The notes: generated from the letters alone by a model not told the origin. A stretch of DNA of 53,735 bases from Pseudomonadota bacterium (GCA_043734785.1 JAYTEX010000279.1:1-53735), one strand, 5' to 3'. Positions 30,607-41,144 are shown, numbered from the stretch's first letter. Numbers and translations are program-made.

Positions 30607-31968
30607 CTACTTGGTCGCCGCGAGCGCCGGCTCCGTGGCGGGCGGCACTTGCGCGAACAGCGCATAGGCGCCGGCCGTCATCTGATGTGGTCTGCCCAGT
30701 TTCTCGGCCACGAAATTCACACTGAAGGTAGGCTTAAGTGCCTTGCCATCCCAGTCGTAGGCTTTCAGGTACTGGACATCCCCTTCTGGCCCTTGCTTCT
30801 TGTCCCAGCTGGCGAGCAGCGAAGAGGTGAAGTAAACCCGCTTGCCATCCCAGCTCTGCGAGACCATGTTGACCTGCTCGCCGATTCGCAATCGGTAGAT
30901 TTCCGCAGGCGCATGGGGATTCGAAATATCAAACAGGCGGGCCATGCCGTCGTTCCAGGTGTTTACCCATAGGCGCGTATCGTCGGCGGATATCGAGATA
31001 TCGACCGGTAGCGGGATCTTGCTGGCATCCCCGATGTCGGCGACTGCTTTGGTTTGCCATTCGCCGGTGGCATCTCGGAAAATCAGATAGATTTTCGAGG
31101 TTAACGCGGTAGTGGTGAAGCAGTAGTCGTGATCAGCACCCCATGCGCAGCGAATTTCGAGTGGTGCGCCGGGTACATCGAACACCTTCTTCGGCTTACG
31201 CGTGTGCAGATCCCACAACACCACCGAGTTGCCGAAGCGCTGCATGGCCTGCGGATCTCCCATCATCTTGCCGAGGTCCATCATGTAGTTATTCCAACCG
31301 GTAAACGACGAGGTAAGCAGCACATTCAAGCGCGGCAGGGCACGCACATCGTAGCCGTAACCGTCCGCGATACTGCCGGTCTTGATCGCACCCTGCAGGT
31401 TATCGTCAGTCGGCATCCAGTGCGTGCTGATGTGCTCACCGTCGTTGGTGTATTCAGCCATGCCAGTGCGGCCGCCATGATCTTGATTGTTGGAAAGGCC
31501 GGTAATCAGCATTCTGCCGGGCAGCGCGTAGAATGTGTGCGGACCGACAATTCCCTTGGTGTCAGCCACGAAGTTGGTCAGAGTCTTGACCAGTTTGGGT
31601 TGCGCCGGATCGGTGTGCACGTCGAACACGAATATCGCGCTGGTATCCAGGCCCCCGGCCCACAGGAAGCGGCGATCATCGGTGAATCCAGAGTGGTGAG
31701 CCTCGTTGCGGCCACCCACTGACAAGGCGTGGATGACCTTGCCGTAACGCTTTGCGCCCGGTCTTACGTCTATCGTCACCAGCTTATCCTGCTCGTCGCC
31801 GACACCCTGCACGCCGAGGGTCCACACATACATGAAGTCTTCCTGCCCGACAATTTTCGCCATATACGGCGAAAAGCAGGTTTCATCGGCCGCGACGGGC
31901 CCGCACGCGATGAGCGCCGCGGTGGCCGCACCTACAATCACGCGCTGACGTAAGGACGGTATTCTCAT
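30607..31968 (-). CDS. mtoX: SBP56 (selenium-binding protein) family, methanethiol-oxidase-like, periplasmic
   Basis: The ATG at 31966-31968 has a GGAGG SD. The signal peptide is MRIPSLRQRVIVGAATAALIACGPVAA. The HHSG, PLEIR, DISISADD.RLW and SSLLASWDKK blocks parallel SELENBP1. Confidence 0.85.
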   Translation of the reverse strand: MRIPSLRQRVIVGAATAALIACGPVAADETCFSPYMAKIVGQEDFMYVWTLGVQGVGDEQDKLVTIDVRPGAKRYGKVIHALSVGGRNEAHHSGFTDDRRFLWAGGLDTSAIFVFDVHTDPAQPKLVKTLTNFVADTKGIVGPHTFYALPGRMLITGLSNNQDHGGRTGMAEYTNDGEHISTHWMPTDDNLQGAIKTGSIADGYGYDVRALPRLNVLLTSSFTGWNNYMMDLGKMMGDPQAMQRFGNSVVLWDLHTRKPKKVFDVPGAPLEIRCAWGADHDYCFTTTALTSKIYLIFRDATGEWQTKAVADIGDASKIPLPVDISISADDTRLWVNTWNDGMARLFDISNPHAPAEIYRLRIGEQVNMVSQSWDGKRVYFTSSLLASWDKKQGPEGDVQYLKAYDWDGKALKPTFSVNFVAEKLGRPHQMTAGAYALFAQVPPATEPALAATK

Positions 31969-32087
31969 GGGAGCCTCCAGTGGCATGGATGGGCAGTCAG
32001 GACTGCAGACTATAAACCACCGCACACCGGATCCGTAGCAGCCTTAGAGCCGCCTACCGGCGGTGCGCGGTGTGTTGCTGCGATGCG

Positions 32088-34547
32088 TCAGTCGAACGGG
32101 CGCCACATCAGCAGCAGTTTCGGCATTAACGTCAGGGCCGCCAGGATGGCGATGGTCATCGCAACCGTGGTCAGCAAGCCGAACAAGATGCTCGGGATGA
32201 AATTTGACAGCACGAGGATCGAGAAACCAACGCACACGACCAGCGTGGTGTAGAAGCCGGCTTTCGCGATGCTGGAATGACACAGATACATCGCTTTGAC
32301 ACCGTCACGAACTTCGGCGTGAACGAGTCGATACCGATAAAGATAGTGGATGCAGTCTTCGACGGCGATGCCCATGGTGAGCGCCGCGATCATGATGGTC
32401 ATCATATCGAGCGGGATCCCGGCCCAGCCCATGAAGCCCAGCACGCACACCGCCGCAATGACATTGGGGAGTACGCCGATCAGCGCGGCGCGCACATTGC
32501 GGAACAGCAGGCAGAGCGTCAGCACAATGCCCAGCATGGCGCCGCCGATCGACTGGATCTGCGAGGAAAAAAGGCTTTGCAGCATGTTGTTGTAAAGCAC
32601 CAGCAATCCCGCGACTTGGAATTCTTCCGGCTTAAGTCCTAGGTCGTGCTGCAAGCCGTTTTGAATCTGCTCGAGCAAAGCTTGACGATGCAGGTTGGGT
32701 GTGGAATCGAGTATCCGCAGCGATATTCTCGCCTCGTCATTCTCAATGGAGATATAGGGAGAGAGCATCTCGTGTTTCAGGTTGCCGGGCAGCCGCTTGT
32801 AGATGACGTTCAGTTCGAACGGGTCAAACTCGCGACCTTTATTCAGGTCTTCGGCCACGCGCACCAGTGAGGCGAGCGACATGACTTTGCCGACGCCAGG
32901 AATGGTTTCGAGATAGTCATGAACCCGTTTGATGCGCTCGACCTTTTCCGGCGTGAACCAGTACTCGGATTTCGGTGTGGGTTCGTCCTCGCCGTAGAGC
33001 TCACTGAGGTCGTCCTCGGCGGGGGCTGGCGAGGCTACTTCGGACGACGGAAACTTCAGGATGATTTCGAGCGGTGTGGTGCCGCCCAGGGTTTCATCGA
33101 CTTTTTTCAAGCCCTGATAGATTTCGGTGTTTTTCTTGAAGTAGCTGATGAAGCTGTTTTCGACTTCGAGCCTGGACATGCCAATGCCGCCGATCACCGC
33201 AATCAACAGGGAGACGACAATCACCACCGTGCCGTGACGGTCCGTGAAGCGTGCCAGATGTTCCGTGAAGGCCAGACCCTGGGTGTCCGCAGGCGGCGCG
33301 GGACGCTTAACCATCAGCACCATCATGGCGGGGACGAGCGTAAAGACCACGAAATAGACGACCAGCAGACTCACGGTCATCATCCAACCGAAGTCGATAA
33401 TCGGCTTAATGTTGCTGGTGGCAAGCGACGCAAAGCCGATGACCGAGGTGATCGAGGTGTACAGGCATGGCCGCGACATGTCGTGGACCACGCCGCGCAC
33501 CAATTCGAACTGTGTCCATCCGGGATGCTCGCTGAGTAGCTCCTGATAACGCACGATCAGATGGATGTTGATCGAGATGGTCAGGATCAGCGTGAGGGCG
33601 ATGAAGTTCGACGAGATGACCGTAAGATGCCAGCCGACGTGCCCCAGCAGACCAAGAATAAGCGTGGTGCAAAAGCCGCAGGTAATGAGCGGCGTCAGCA
33701 CCCAGCGTAGCTCGCGAAAAATATACCCCAGCATGCCGATCGCGAGCACCAGCGCGCCGATGCCGAAGATCACGATATCATCGCGCACGAAGGTAATCAT
33801 GTCGTCCGCAATCATCGAGATTCCGCCGAGGTGAACTTCGGCGCGTGCCTCGAAGGTGGAGAGCAGGTGGCGCAGCGATTCCAAGGTCGTGTGGTTCTCG
33901 ATATCCACCTCGTCCTTCTTCTGCTGGTAGAGGGGCTCGATCACCGCAAGCCGCTCGGTTTGCGCCGCATCTAATCCGGTGGTGCCGCGTTTGTAGAGCA
34001 GATCTGCACGCTCAAATTGAAGGGTGCGGAACTTGAAGTTCTCGTGTAACACGACGCGGATCGCGGTCGTACTCGCGTCCGGGCTCAACACCACATTACG
34101 GTACAGGGGGCTGGTGGTGAGTTCCTCGCGCGCCTTCTTCAGATCGACCTCTTTGGACTCCAGGGTGCGGTAGCGGGTGGCAATCTCAGAGAGCGTGCCA
34201 GGCATGTTCTTAACCAGTGGCACGTCCAGCACGGTCATGACGGAGGCGACCTGCGGGATATCCTTCAGGGCTTGGCGAAGGTCGCGAATCAGGCCCATGC
34301 CCTGTGGGTTGAACAGGCCCTCTTTGGGGCTTACGGTGACAAACAGGAAATCCCGCGCGTTATAGCGCAACGCGAGTTCACGGAATTCCCTCAAATCGGG
34401 ATCATTTTCCAGCAGCAGCGAATCAGCCGAGGCATCCAGCCGGAAATCCGCAAGCCCTAAGGCGAACAAGGCCAGCGTCAGCGTCAGTATCGCGAGCGTG
34501 AGGCGTGGTTGCGCGAGCACCAAGCGGTCGTAGAAGTCAGCAAACAT
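32088..34547 (-). CDS. RND-superfamily exporter (MMPL/HpnN-like, COG1033 type)
   Basis: 819 aa from the ATG at 34545-34547 (MFADFYDRLVLAQPRLTLAIL...). It has a 2 x (1+5) TM layout with two large loops. Confidence 0.85.
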   Translation of the reverse strand: MFADFYDRLVLAQPRLTLAILTLTLALFALGLADFRLDASADSLLLENDPDLREFRELALRYNARDFLFVTVSPKEGLFNPQGMGLIRDLRQALKDIPQVASVMTVLDVPLVKNMPGTLSEIATRYRTLESKEVDLKKAREELTTSPLYRNVVLSPDASTTAIRVVLHENFKFRTLQFERADLLYKRGTTGLDAAQTERLAVIEPLYQQKKDEVDIENHTTLESLRHLLSTFEARAEVHLGGISMIADDMITFVRDDIVIFGIGALVLAIGMLGYIFRELRWVLTPLITCGFCTTLILGLLGHVGWHLTVISSNFIALTLILTISINIHLIVRYQELLSEHPGWTQFELVRGVVHDMSRPCLYTSITSVIGFASLATSNIKPIIDFGWMMTVSLLVVYFVVFTLVPAMMVLMVKRPAPPADTQGLAFTEHLARFTDRHGTVVIVVSLLIAVIGGIGMSRLEVENSFISYFKKNTEIYQGLKKVDETLGGTTPLEIILKFPSSEVASPAPAEDDLSELYGEDEPTPKSEYWFTPEKVERIKRVHDYLETIPGVGKVMSLASLVRVAEDLNKGREFDPFELNVIYKRLPGNLKHEMLSPYISIENDEARISLRILDSTPNLHRQALLEQIQNGLQHDLGLKPEEFQVAGLLVLYNNMLQSLFSSQIQSIGGAMLGIVLTLCLLFRNVRAALIGVLPNVIAAVCVLGFMGWAGIPLDMMTIMIAALTMGIAVEDCIHYLYRYRLVHAEVRDGVKAMYLCHSSIAKAGFYTTLVVCVGFSILVLSNFIPSILFGLLTTVAMTIAILAALTLMPKLLLMWRPFD

Positions 34548-34804
34548 AGGATTGCATGTGAGTGATTGTGCGTCGTGGACGCGTTTTTCCGGGATCTCGC
34601 CAGTGAGGCGGGGGCTCTGTTGACCGACGCCTGCGGACGGTGGCGCATGATAGCTGGAAGGCGGCCACCTCACTATCCAGATTGTGAAAATTTAAAGAAC
34701 GGGTCAGCGCTTGGAGATGCGGCGTATTACCGGGCAGTGCCCTATGCCATGGCTGCAGGCTCGGGCAGACTTCGCGGACTATCACTCGCCTGCCGCCCGG
34801 TGTC

Positions 34805-35632
34805 ATGATGACCCAATTCCCGAATCCTGAGCACCCCATGCCGGCAGATTTTGCAGTGGAGATCAGCGCCTTCCTGGGCGAACTCGCCGCCCTGGCCGGC
34901 GACGCCGCATTGCCGTATTTCCGGACCCCCCTTGCCATTGAAAATAAAGGGGATGCGCGTTTCGATCCCGTCACCATTGCTGATCGCGCCGTGGAGCAGG
35001 TGCTGCGTGATGCCATCAGGCGGCGCTATCCTGCGCATTCAATCATTGGTGAAGAATACGGGGCGCATCGTGGAGACGCCGCTTTTTGCTGGGTTATCGA
35101 TCCGATCGACGGTACGCGGGCATTTGTCTCTGGGCTCCCCACCTGGGGCACCCTGGTCGCGTTATGCGAGGACGATATACCGCGCTTCGGTCTGATGTCA
35201 CAGCCATTCGTCGGCGAAATGTTTATCGGCGGCAACGGCGCTTCCCGCTGGACACGCGGCGCGGCAACGAGGTTGCTCAAGACTCGCGGTGCAGAGAGGC
35301 TCGAAACGGCTAGCCTGTTCGCGACCGCGCCGGAGATGTTCGCGGCGGATATCGAATGGCCGCGCTTCGAACAGTTGACTCAACGGGTGCGTTCAACGCG
35401 CTACGGCGCGGATTGTTACGCCTACTGCATGTTAGCTGCGGGGTATGTGGATCTGGTCGTGGAAGCCGGCTTAGGGTTTTATGACATCGCGGCCTTGGTC
35501 CCGATCGTGGAAGGGGCGGGCGGTGTGGTAAGCAACTGGGAAGGCTCGCCGATTCGGGCCGGTGGCCGGGTATTGGCTGCGGCCAACGCAACGTTGCATG
35601 TCCAAGCGCTCGCCATTTTGCGCGGTGCTTGA
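34805..35632 (+). CDS. Inositol-monophosphatase family protein (HisN-type histidinol-phosphatase candidate)
   Basis: DPVTIADRAVE...IIGEEYG...WVIDPIDGTRAF...WGTLVAL motifs. Confidence 0.85.
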   Translation: MMTQFPNPEHPMPADFAVEISAFLGELAALAGDAALPYFRTPLAIENKGDARFDPVTIADRAVEQVLRDAIRRRYPAHSIIGEEYGAHRGDAAFCWVIDPIDGTRAFVSGLPTWGTLVALCEDDIPRFGLMSQPFVGEMFIGGNGASRWTRGAATRLLKTRGAERLETASLFATAPEMFAADIEWPRFEQLTQRVRSTRYGADCYAYCMLAAGYVDLVVEAGLGFYDIAALVPIVEGAGGVVSNWEGSPIRAGGRVLAAANATLHVQALAILRGA

Positions 35633-36109
35633 CCACCGCCTCGAGCGCGCGCAGGAAATCACCGTCGTGCAGGGTACACACGGCGTGGTGAGGATGGCAC
35701 TCGATACCGATCTAGTCATGCTGAGCGTGCCGCGTAGGTCACAAATTGCTCTTTCGCTGATACGCGCCATCTACGTTTGAAAGAATCAGCATGTGAAGGC
35801 GTCATGCAAGAGTTACGGCTGGTCGCAGCCAGCTTACGCGCGGTGACCAGCAGGGTGGCGCGCTGGATTGGAACGCGTTTGCCGTACACTACAGTCCGCT
35901 CGACGAGGCGTTGCGCGTCACATACGACCGCCAAGGCGCATATTTCAATATCGAACTTCACTATCGTGCAAGCCCCCGAGATTTGGCATGGATCCATTCC
36001 CTGAGTCCTGTAGACCTGCTGAAGGTGGCCGCTATCGATGACGAGCGCCAGGGTAAGCGCGTTTCGCCGGTGCGATTCTCTCTACATTGCCAATAAAGGG
36101 TTGCCAGGT

Positions 36110-36418
36110 ATGAAGCGTCTCAAAAACCTATTATTGAGTGGATTACTCACGGGATGTGCGGTGAGCGCACTAGCCGACGAGCGCTACCAGGCGATTCCCA
36201 TCAGCTCCGGCTCCGATTTCGGCACCGAGAAAGCCTTAATCCTGGATACTGCGGCGGGACACATCTGGATATGGACGGAAAGCCCGGCCACCGATACTGA
36301 ACCTGGCGGACGTTACGTCATTTATCAGGGCCAACTTTCCCCCGGCAATGAGATCGGGGACATTGTCTTGAAACAGGAATGGCCGGTGCCGACCGTTACA
36401 CCCAAATCCGCCAAATAA
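36110..36418 (+). CDS. Small lipoprotein of unknown function
   Basis: MKRLKNLLLSGLLTGCAVSALA, with a lipobox (LLTGC). About 102 aa. Confidence 0.6.
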   Translation: MKRLKNLLLSGLLTGCAVSALADERYQAIPISSGSDFGTEKALILDTAAGHIWIWTESPATDTEPGGRYVIYQGQLSPGNEIGDIVLKQEWPVPTVTPKSAK

Positions 36419-36461
36419 TGATCGCGAGTCAAAAGCAGCCTGCGAGAGGAGTACATTCGCC

Positions 36462-37217
36462 ATGCGCTTGGCAGATAGACGCGCAGTAGTCACGGGGGGC
36501 AGTACGGGCATTGGCCGCGCAGTCGTGTTGGCGCTGGCTGAGGAAGGCGCCACGGTTGTCATTAACTATCAGCACTCGCAGTGTGCGGCGCTCAGTTGCG
36601 CGGCCGAAGTTCGCGAGCGCGGGGGGCGCGCCGTGGTGATCCAGGCCGATGTGGCGTGCGCGCAGCAGATGGAACGTCTCGTCGCCGATGCCGTCGTGGC
36701 CTTTGGGGGCATCGATATTTGGGTCAACATGGCAGGCGCCGACATCCTCACCGGTGAGGGCGCGAATCTGCCGGACCACGAAAAGCTTGCACGCCTGATT
36801 CGCACGGATTTGCAAGGCACGATGTTCGCGAGTTGGGCGGCGTGCGCCGAACTGTCGAAACGGCCGGGCAGCTGTTTGATAAATACCTCCTGGGACCAAG
36901 CCTTGCGTGGTATGGGCGGGCGTAATCCCGAAATGTTCGCGGCCGTAAAAGCAGGCGTGACGGGCTTTACACGAGCGCTGGCGCGCACGTTGGCCCCTCA
37001 TGTGCGAGTCAACGAGGTGGCGCCTGGCTGGATCGAAACCGCGTTTGCGGCGGCCGCGATGGCGCCTGAGTATCGCGCGAACGTCATTGCCGCGACGCCG
37101 CTCCAGCGCTTCGGCTATCCGCGCGATGTCGCCGCCGCAGTGGTATTTCTTGCGAGTGACGAAGCGTCCTTCATCACGGGCCAGACGCTCATGATCAACG
37201 GTGGCCTGGTCAGTTGA
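36462..37217 (+). CDS. SDR-family oxidoreductase
   Basis: VVTGGSTGIGRA (TGxxxGIG), NMAG, and the YxxxK region (FAAVKAG). AGGAG SD. Confidence 0.85.
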   Translation: MRLADRRAVVTGGSTGIGRAVVLALAEEGATVVINYQHSQCAALSCAAEVRERGGRAVVIQADVACAQQMERLVADAVVAFGGIDIWVNMAGADILTGEGANLPDHEKLARLIRTDLQGTMFASWAACAELSKRPGSCLINTSWDQALRGMGGRNPEMFAAVKAGVTGFTRALARTLAPHVRVNEVAPGWIETAFAAAAMAPEYRANVIAATPLQRFGYPRDVAAAVVFLASDEASFITGQTLMINGGLVS

Positions 37218-37965
37218 CAGAGTCGATTGAAAAGCGGGCTTCCCCAACAACTTGAGTATCTGACCCGTAGCGCCGTTCAATGAACTCCAGCCGCCCTAGA
37301 CGACGGTTACGCAGGACAATCGACGAACAGCGCGTGCCGTAGCTTGGCGTGTGCACAAAAATGGTTTCTTCAACGCGCGCGAAGTTCAACGGTTTCGCCG
37401 TGCCGGTCGGACTGGATCTCTCAGCATCGCGAAGCAGCGCGAGCAGCGAATCGGTAAGGGCTGCGCCGGTAAGCCCGCGCAGAGGTGCGAAAGCCCCTTT
37501 AAGTCGTTCGACTTTTGGCCACTCATGATCGATGTGTGTATTGCTAATGCCGTAAACCCCAGGATTCAATACGCGCTTACCGAGGTTTGACCACCAGTAG
37601 AGATTTTCGGCATCGCACAGGACAAGGTTGCAAGCGGCATAGCGACCAGCGTCTGGTCCGAGTCGGACCAGGAAATCCTCGCTCGAATCGGGTCGCACCA
37701 GATAATCCCGCACGAGATGACCGCGCGAATACCCGGCCGTTGGTGTGAGCGCGCCGCGGAGATTGGTGACCGCACTGAAATGTCCTCGCGCGTTGACCCC
37801 CAACCAGGTACCACCGGCCTGCAGATCTTGTCCGGCCAGCAAGGTGGGATGTGCGGACCAATAAGCCGCAGGCGCACTCGGGCGATCGTAGAATTCGTCG
37901 CGATTCGCGGCGACCACGAGGTCGTAGTCGGGATGGTGCTGGTAGGCGACGAGGAGAATGCACAT
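37210..37965 (-). CDS. NRDE (TANGO2/DUF833) family protein
   Basis: MCILLVAYQHHPDYDLVVAANRDEFYDRP, with the N-terminal Cys and the NRDE motif. Confidence 0.8.
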   Translation of the reverse strand: MCILLVAYQHHPDYDLVVAANRDEFYDRPSAPAAYWSAHPTLLAGQDLQAGGTWLGVNARGHFSAVTNLRGALTPTAGYSRGHLVRDYLVRPDSSEDFLVRLGPDAGRYAACNLVLCDAENLYWWSNLGKRVLNPGVYGISNTHIDHEWPKVERLKGAFAPLRGLTGAALTDSLLALLRDAERSSPTGTAKPLNFARVEETIFVHTPSYGTRCSSIVLRNRRLGRLEFIERRYGSDTQVVGEARFSIDSVN

Positions 37966-37971
37966 CTCGGA

Positions 37972-38487
37972 TCAGTAGTGCAGCAGGGCATGCACGCGAT
38001 GAGGTGCAAGCAATTTACGGCCCGCAAGAAAGTCGAGTTCGATCACGAACGCGCAACCAGCGATCCGGGCGCCCGCGCGCAGGATTAAATCACAGCTCGC
38101 GGCGGCAGTACCCCCAGTGGCGATCAAGTCATCCACGAGCAATACATGGTCACGTGCGCAGACCGCATCGATATGCATTTCCAGACTTGCCTCGCCATAC
38201 TCGAGCGCATAGGCGGCCCGGTGGGTTTGGTGCGGAAGTTTGCCCGCTTTGCGCAGGGGCACGAAGCCAACGTCCAAGATATAGGCGACGATACTGCCGA
38301 AGATAAAGCCGCGTGCTTCCATGCCGGCGACCACGGTCACGCCTTTCGTTCGGAAGGGCTCTGCCAGCGCTTCTGCGCTCGCGCGCAGTAGCCTGCTATC
38401 GGCAATGACAGGGGTTAGATCTTTGAACAGGATCCCGGGTTTCGGAAAATCTGGAATGTCCCGCACTTTTGACCGCAACAGATCCAT
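37972..38487 (-). CDS. apt: Adenine phosphoribosyltransferase
   Basis: IPDFPKPGILFKDLTP...VLLVDDLIATGGTA (PRPP motif). Confidence 0.93.
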   Translation of the reverse strand: MDLLRSKVRDIPDFPKPGILFKDLTPVIADSRLLRASAEALAEPFRTKGVTVVAGMEARGFIFGSIVAYILDVGFVPLRKAGKLPHQTHRAAYALEYGEASLEMHIDAVCARDHVLLVDDLIATGGTAAASCDLILRAGARIAGCAFVIELDFLAGRKLLAPHRVHALLHY

Positions 38488-38676
38488 GTCTGCTCTCCCG
38501 AGCGCTCCGAATACCCGGGATGATAAGGGGATTGGGGCTCATCTCATAAGTGTTTCTGTCCGCGACATCGACAGCGGTAACGACGTGAGGTCGCCCGGTC
38601 ACGATACCCCAGAAACGATTGTAATCGCGCGCGAATAATCGGGGCATGACAGCAGCACTCCCACTGGAGTGGGGAC

Positions 38677-40089
38677 TCAACTCTCGATACGCACGAATAG
38701 CTCCTGCCCAAGGCGTAGCGTGGCGTTAATAGCGAGCTTGTTCCAGGACTGTAATTCCTCGATCGTCACCTTGAAACGGAGGGAAATTGTCCACAACGAA
38801 TCACCGGCACGGACCCTGTAGCGGACCAAGCTAGCCGCGGTAGCGGTAGCCGTGTGATGGGTGGCAGCCGGGACGATGATGCGTTGTCCAATGCGCAAAG
38901 GGTGATTGCGGTTCAACGTATTAAGGCGCTCGAGTTCCGCGACGCGCGTATCGAAGCGACGCGCAATCACCCATAACGAATCCCCGTTTTTTGCGGCATA
39001 CGCGCGCATTGTCCCAGGTCGCGACTGCGCCGCCACCTGCGCGTGGGCCGTAGGCGGCGACGAGGGTCCAAGGCGCGAGGCAATTCTAGTGGCTACATCA
39101 AAGCTGGTGACGGGAATCAGTACTCGCTGGGTGCTGATTGGGCCGGTGTGCCAGCCTTTTAAGCCTGGATTGAGCGTTTGAAACGTGCGCTCGTCGATCT
39201 TTGCGAGCTGTACTAGGCGTCGCAGGTCAGTCGGCCGGTGTAGCATCAGCGCAGAAAAAACAGCGCGGTCCGGGAGAGCATCCAGCTTAAGGTTGAATTT
39301 CGCAGGATGACGATAGATTTCGACGAGTGCGAGGAGGCGGGCGACTAGTCTGTGCGTCTCGCCGGTCAGTTCTAGCGACCAGACGTCTGTTGGTCGACCG
39401 GCACGCCGATTACGCGCAATCGCACGTTCAACATTACCCCAGCCGGCGTTGTAGGCGGCAATTGCCAACAGCCAGTCGCCGTCAAAGCGGTGCTGCAACG
39501 TGTTCAAGTACCCAAGGGCAGCCTCAGTGGAGGCGACGACATCCAGGCGTTCATCAAGCCAAGCCGAGCGCTGCAAGCCGAATTTGTTGCCAGTGCCGCC
39601 CATAAATTGCCATAGACCGGCCGCACCCAAAGGCGACACGATTGACGGTACGTAGCCGCTTTCCAGGATCGGCAGTAGCGCGAGATCCGGAGGCAGGTTT
39701 CGGCGCTCTATTTCGGAGGCAATAAAATGGAGATAAGGCGCGGCGCGCATGGAAGTCTCTCGCAGAAACTCGCCTTGGCTTTGATACCAGTCGATTTCGC
39801 GTCGAACCTCTGCACGGGTGGTGTCACCAAAGGTCAGTGACTTGGCCAGTGATTCCCAGAGATTGTCGAGATCTGCTGGATTGCGCGCATTGGCTAACGG
39901 GCGCACGAGCGAGGAGTTTTTTGCGCCCGGCAGGGCGGGTTGGGGCATCGCCGAAGTCTGGTCGGTCGCGACAGGCTGGCGGAACACCTGGCCGAGTTCC
40001 GGTCGTGGCGTCTGCCACGAACACCCGCTGGCGAAGGTCACTGTGATCAGCGCACAGGCTATTCCAATAGGTCTTATCGTGCGTCGCAT
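38677..40089 (-). CDS. mltD: Membrane-bound lytic murein transglycosylase D-like (SLT domain plus two LysM)
   Basis: Lipobox FASGC, SLT core ESGY...GAAGLWQFM...AYNAG, and two C-terminal LysM repeats (Y.V..GDSLW.IA). Confidence 0.85.
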   Translation of the reverse strand: MRRTIRPIGIACALITVTFASGCSWQTPRPELGQVFRQPVATDQTSAMPQPALPGAKNSSLVRPLANARNPADLDNLWESLAKSLTFGDTTRAEVRREIDWYQSQGEFLRETSMRAAPYLHFIASEIERRNLPPDLALLPILESGYVPSIVSPLGAAGLWQFMGGTGNKFGLQRSAWLDERLDVVASTEAALGYLNTLQHRFDGDWLLAIAAYNAGWGNVERAIARNRRAGRPTDVWSLELTGETHRLVARLLALVEIYRHPAKFNLKLDALPDRAVFSALMLHRPTDLRRLVQLAKIDERTFQTLNPGLKGWHTGPISTQRVLIPVTSFDVATRIASRLGPSSPPTAHAQVAAQSRPGTMRAYAAKNGDSLWVIARRFDTRVAELERLNTLNRNHPLRIGQRIIVPAATHHTATATAASLVRYRVRAGDSLWTISLRFKVTIEELQSWNKLAINATLRLGQELFVRIES

Positions 40090-40346
40090 GGCCGTATGCT
40101 ATTCAACCAGTCTGTCGAAGGTCAACCCCAAGCGCATATCAGTTGCGTGTGAGGCGTGAGAAAAGCTCGACGAGATTGGCGTATTCGCGGTACGTGCGTT
40201 AGCGCATCGGCGCACGCAGGCACCATCATCGGTCTATGCGGATGGGTGATGGACCACGATGGTTTTGTTATGGTGGGACGCTGACGAATCAACAGGAGAA
40301 CACGTGTCACAACGAATAAGGTTGACCAAGCCTGGTCGTGCGGACC

Positions 40347-41144
40347 ATGCGCCATAGTGCCGCGCAAGCCAATCTTGCGGCCCCTGGTCTCGCGGGGCTG
40401 CGCGCATGGTACGGAGAGCGCCCAGGTCAGGCCGTCGCTGAAATCGAACGGGGAATGGCGCGCGAGGTGTTGCCTGATTTATTCGGTTATCACTTGGTCC
40501 AGATTGGTGAAAGTGCCAATGAACTGATTGAATTCAGCAGGATTTCACATCGGGTTGTCATCGGGCTGGATGAATTACCGACGATTTCAGGGAGGGCGGT
40601 GGCGAGACCTGATGCGCTGCCGATCGCGGGCAACTCAATCGATGTCGTCGTCCTTCCTCATACCCTGGAATTCGCACCAAATGCGCACGGCATCTTGCGC
40701 GAAGCTGAGCGCATTTTGATTGGGGAGGGCCACCTCTTGATTCTGGGATTTAACCCCTGGAGCGCCTTCGGGGTTTATCAGCGAGCACTGAGTTGGCGTG
40801 GCCTTGCGCCCTGGTCGGGCGATTTCCTCGGGTTAAGCCGCGTGCGGGACTGGCTCGGTCTATTGGGATTTGAAGTGGAGCGAGTGATTAGGGCCTCGTT
40901 TCGGCCTCCGCTCAGTAGCGCGCGCTGGCAACATCGGACGGAATTCCTGGAAAGATTTGGCGGACATTTCTGGCCGGTGCTGAGCAATCTTTACGCCATT
41001 CTGGCGCGCAAGCGGGTTGAATCTGTGCGGCCTATCCGTACTCGCTGGAGAATGCGCAGCAGGCTGTTGGCGGGGGGCGCGATCGAACCGACAGTTAGGC
41101 AGTCACGGCCGGCATTACAGGCCGACGAGGTGAAGCCGAGGTGA
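40347..41144 (+). CDS. Class I SAM-dependent methyltransferase (YafS-like)
   Basis: It lies immediately upstream of and overlapping rnhA, as yafS does in E. coli. It has a methyltransferase-fold core ([10 protein letters not shown]...L.EA.RIL...G.L). The start is uncertain (GTG 40338 or ATG 40347). Confidence 0.75.
   Translation: MRHSAAQANLAAPGLAGLRAWYGERPGQAVAEIERGMAREVLPDLFGYHLVQIGESANELIEFSRISHRVVIGLDELPTISGRAVARPDALPIAGNSIDVVVLPHTLEFAPNAHGILREAERILIGEGHLLILGFNPWSAFGVYQRALSWRGLAPWSGDFLGLSRVRDWLGLLGFEVERVIRASFRPPLSSARWQHRTEFLERFGGHFWPVLSNLYAILARKRVESVRPIRTRWRMRSRLLAGGAIEPTVRQSRPALQADEVKPR

Noticed and set aside
35640-36109. Gap with weak ORFs, e.g. a frame reading ...LRVTYDRQGAYFNIELHYRASPRDLAWIHSLSPVDLLKVAAIDDERQGKRV, vaguely DUF2283/DUF2442-like. 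There is also an antisense 93-aa ORF (35716..35997).
   Set aside because: There is no ATG/SD-supported start, and the similarity is too weak to call. This may be a decayed small gene and is not reportable as a feature.
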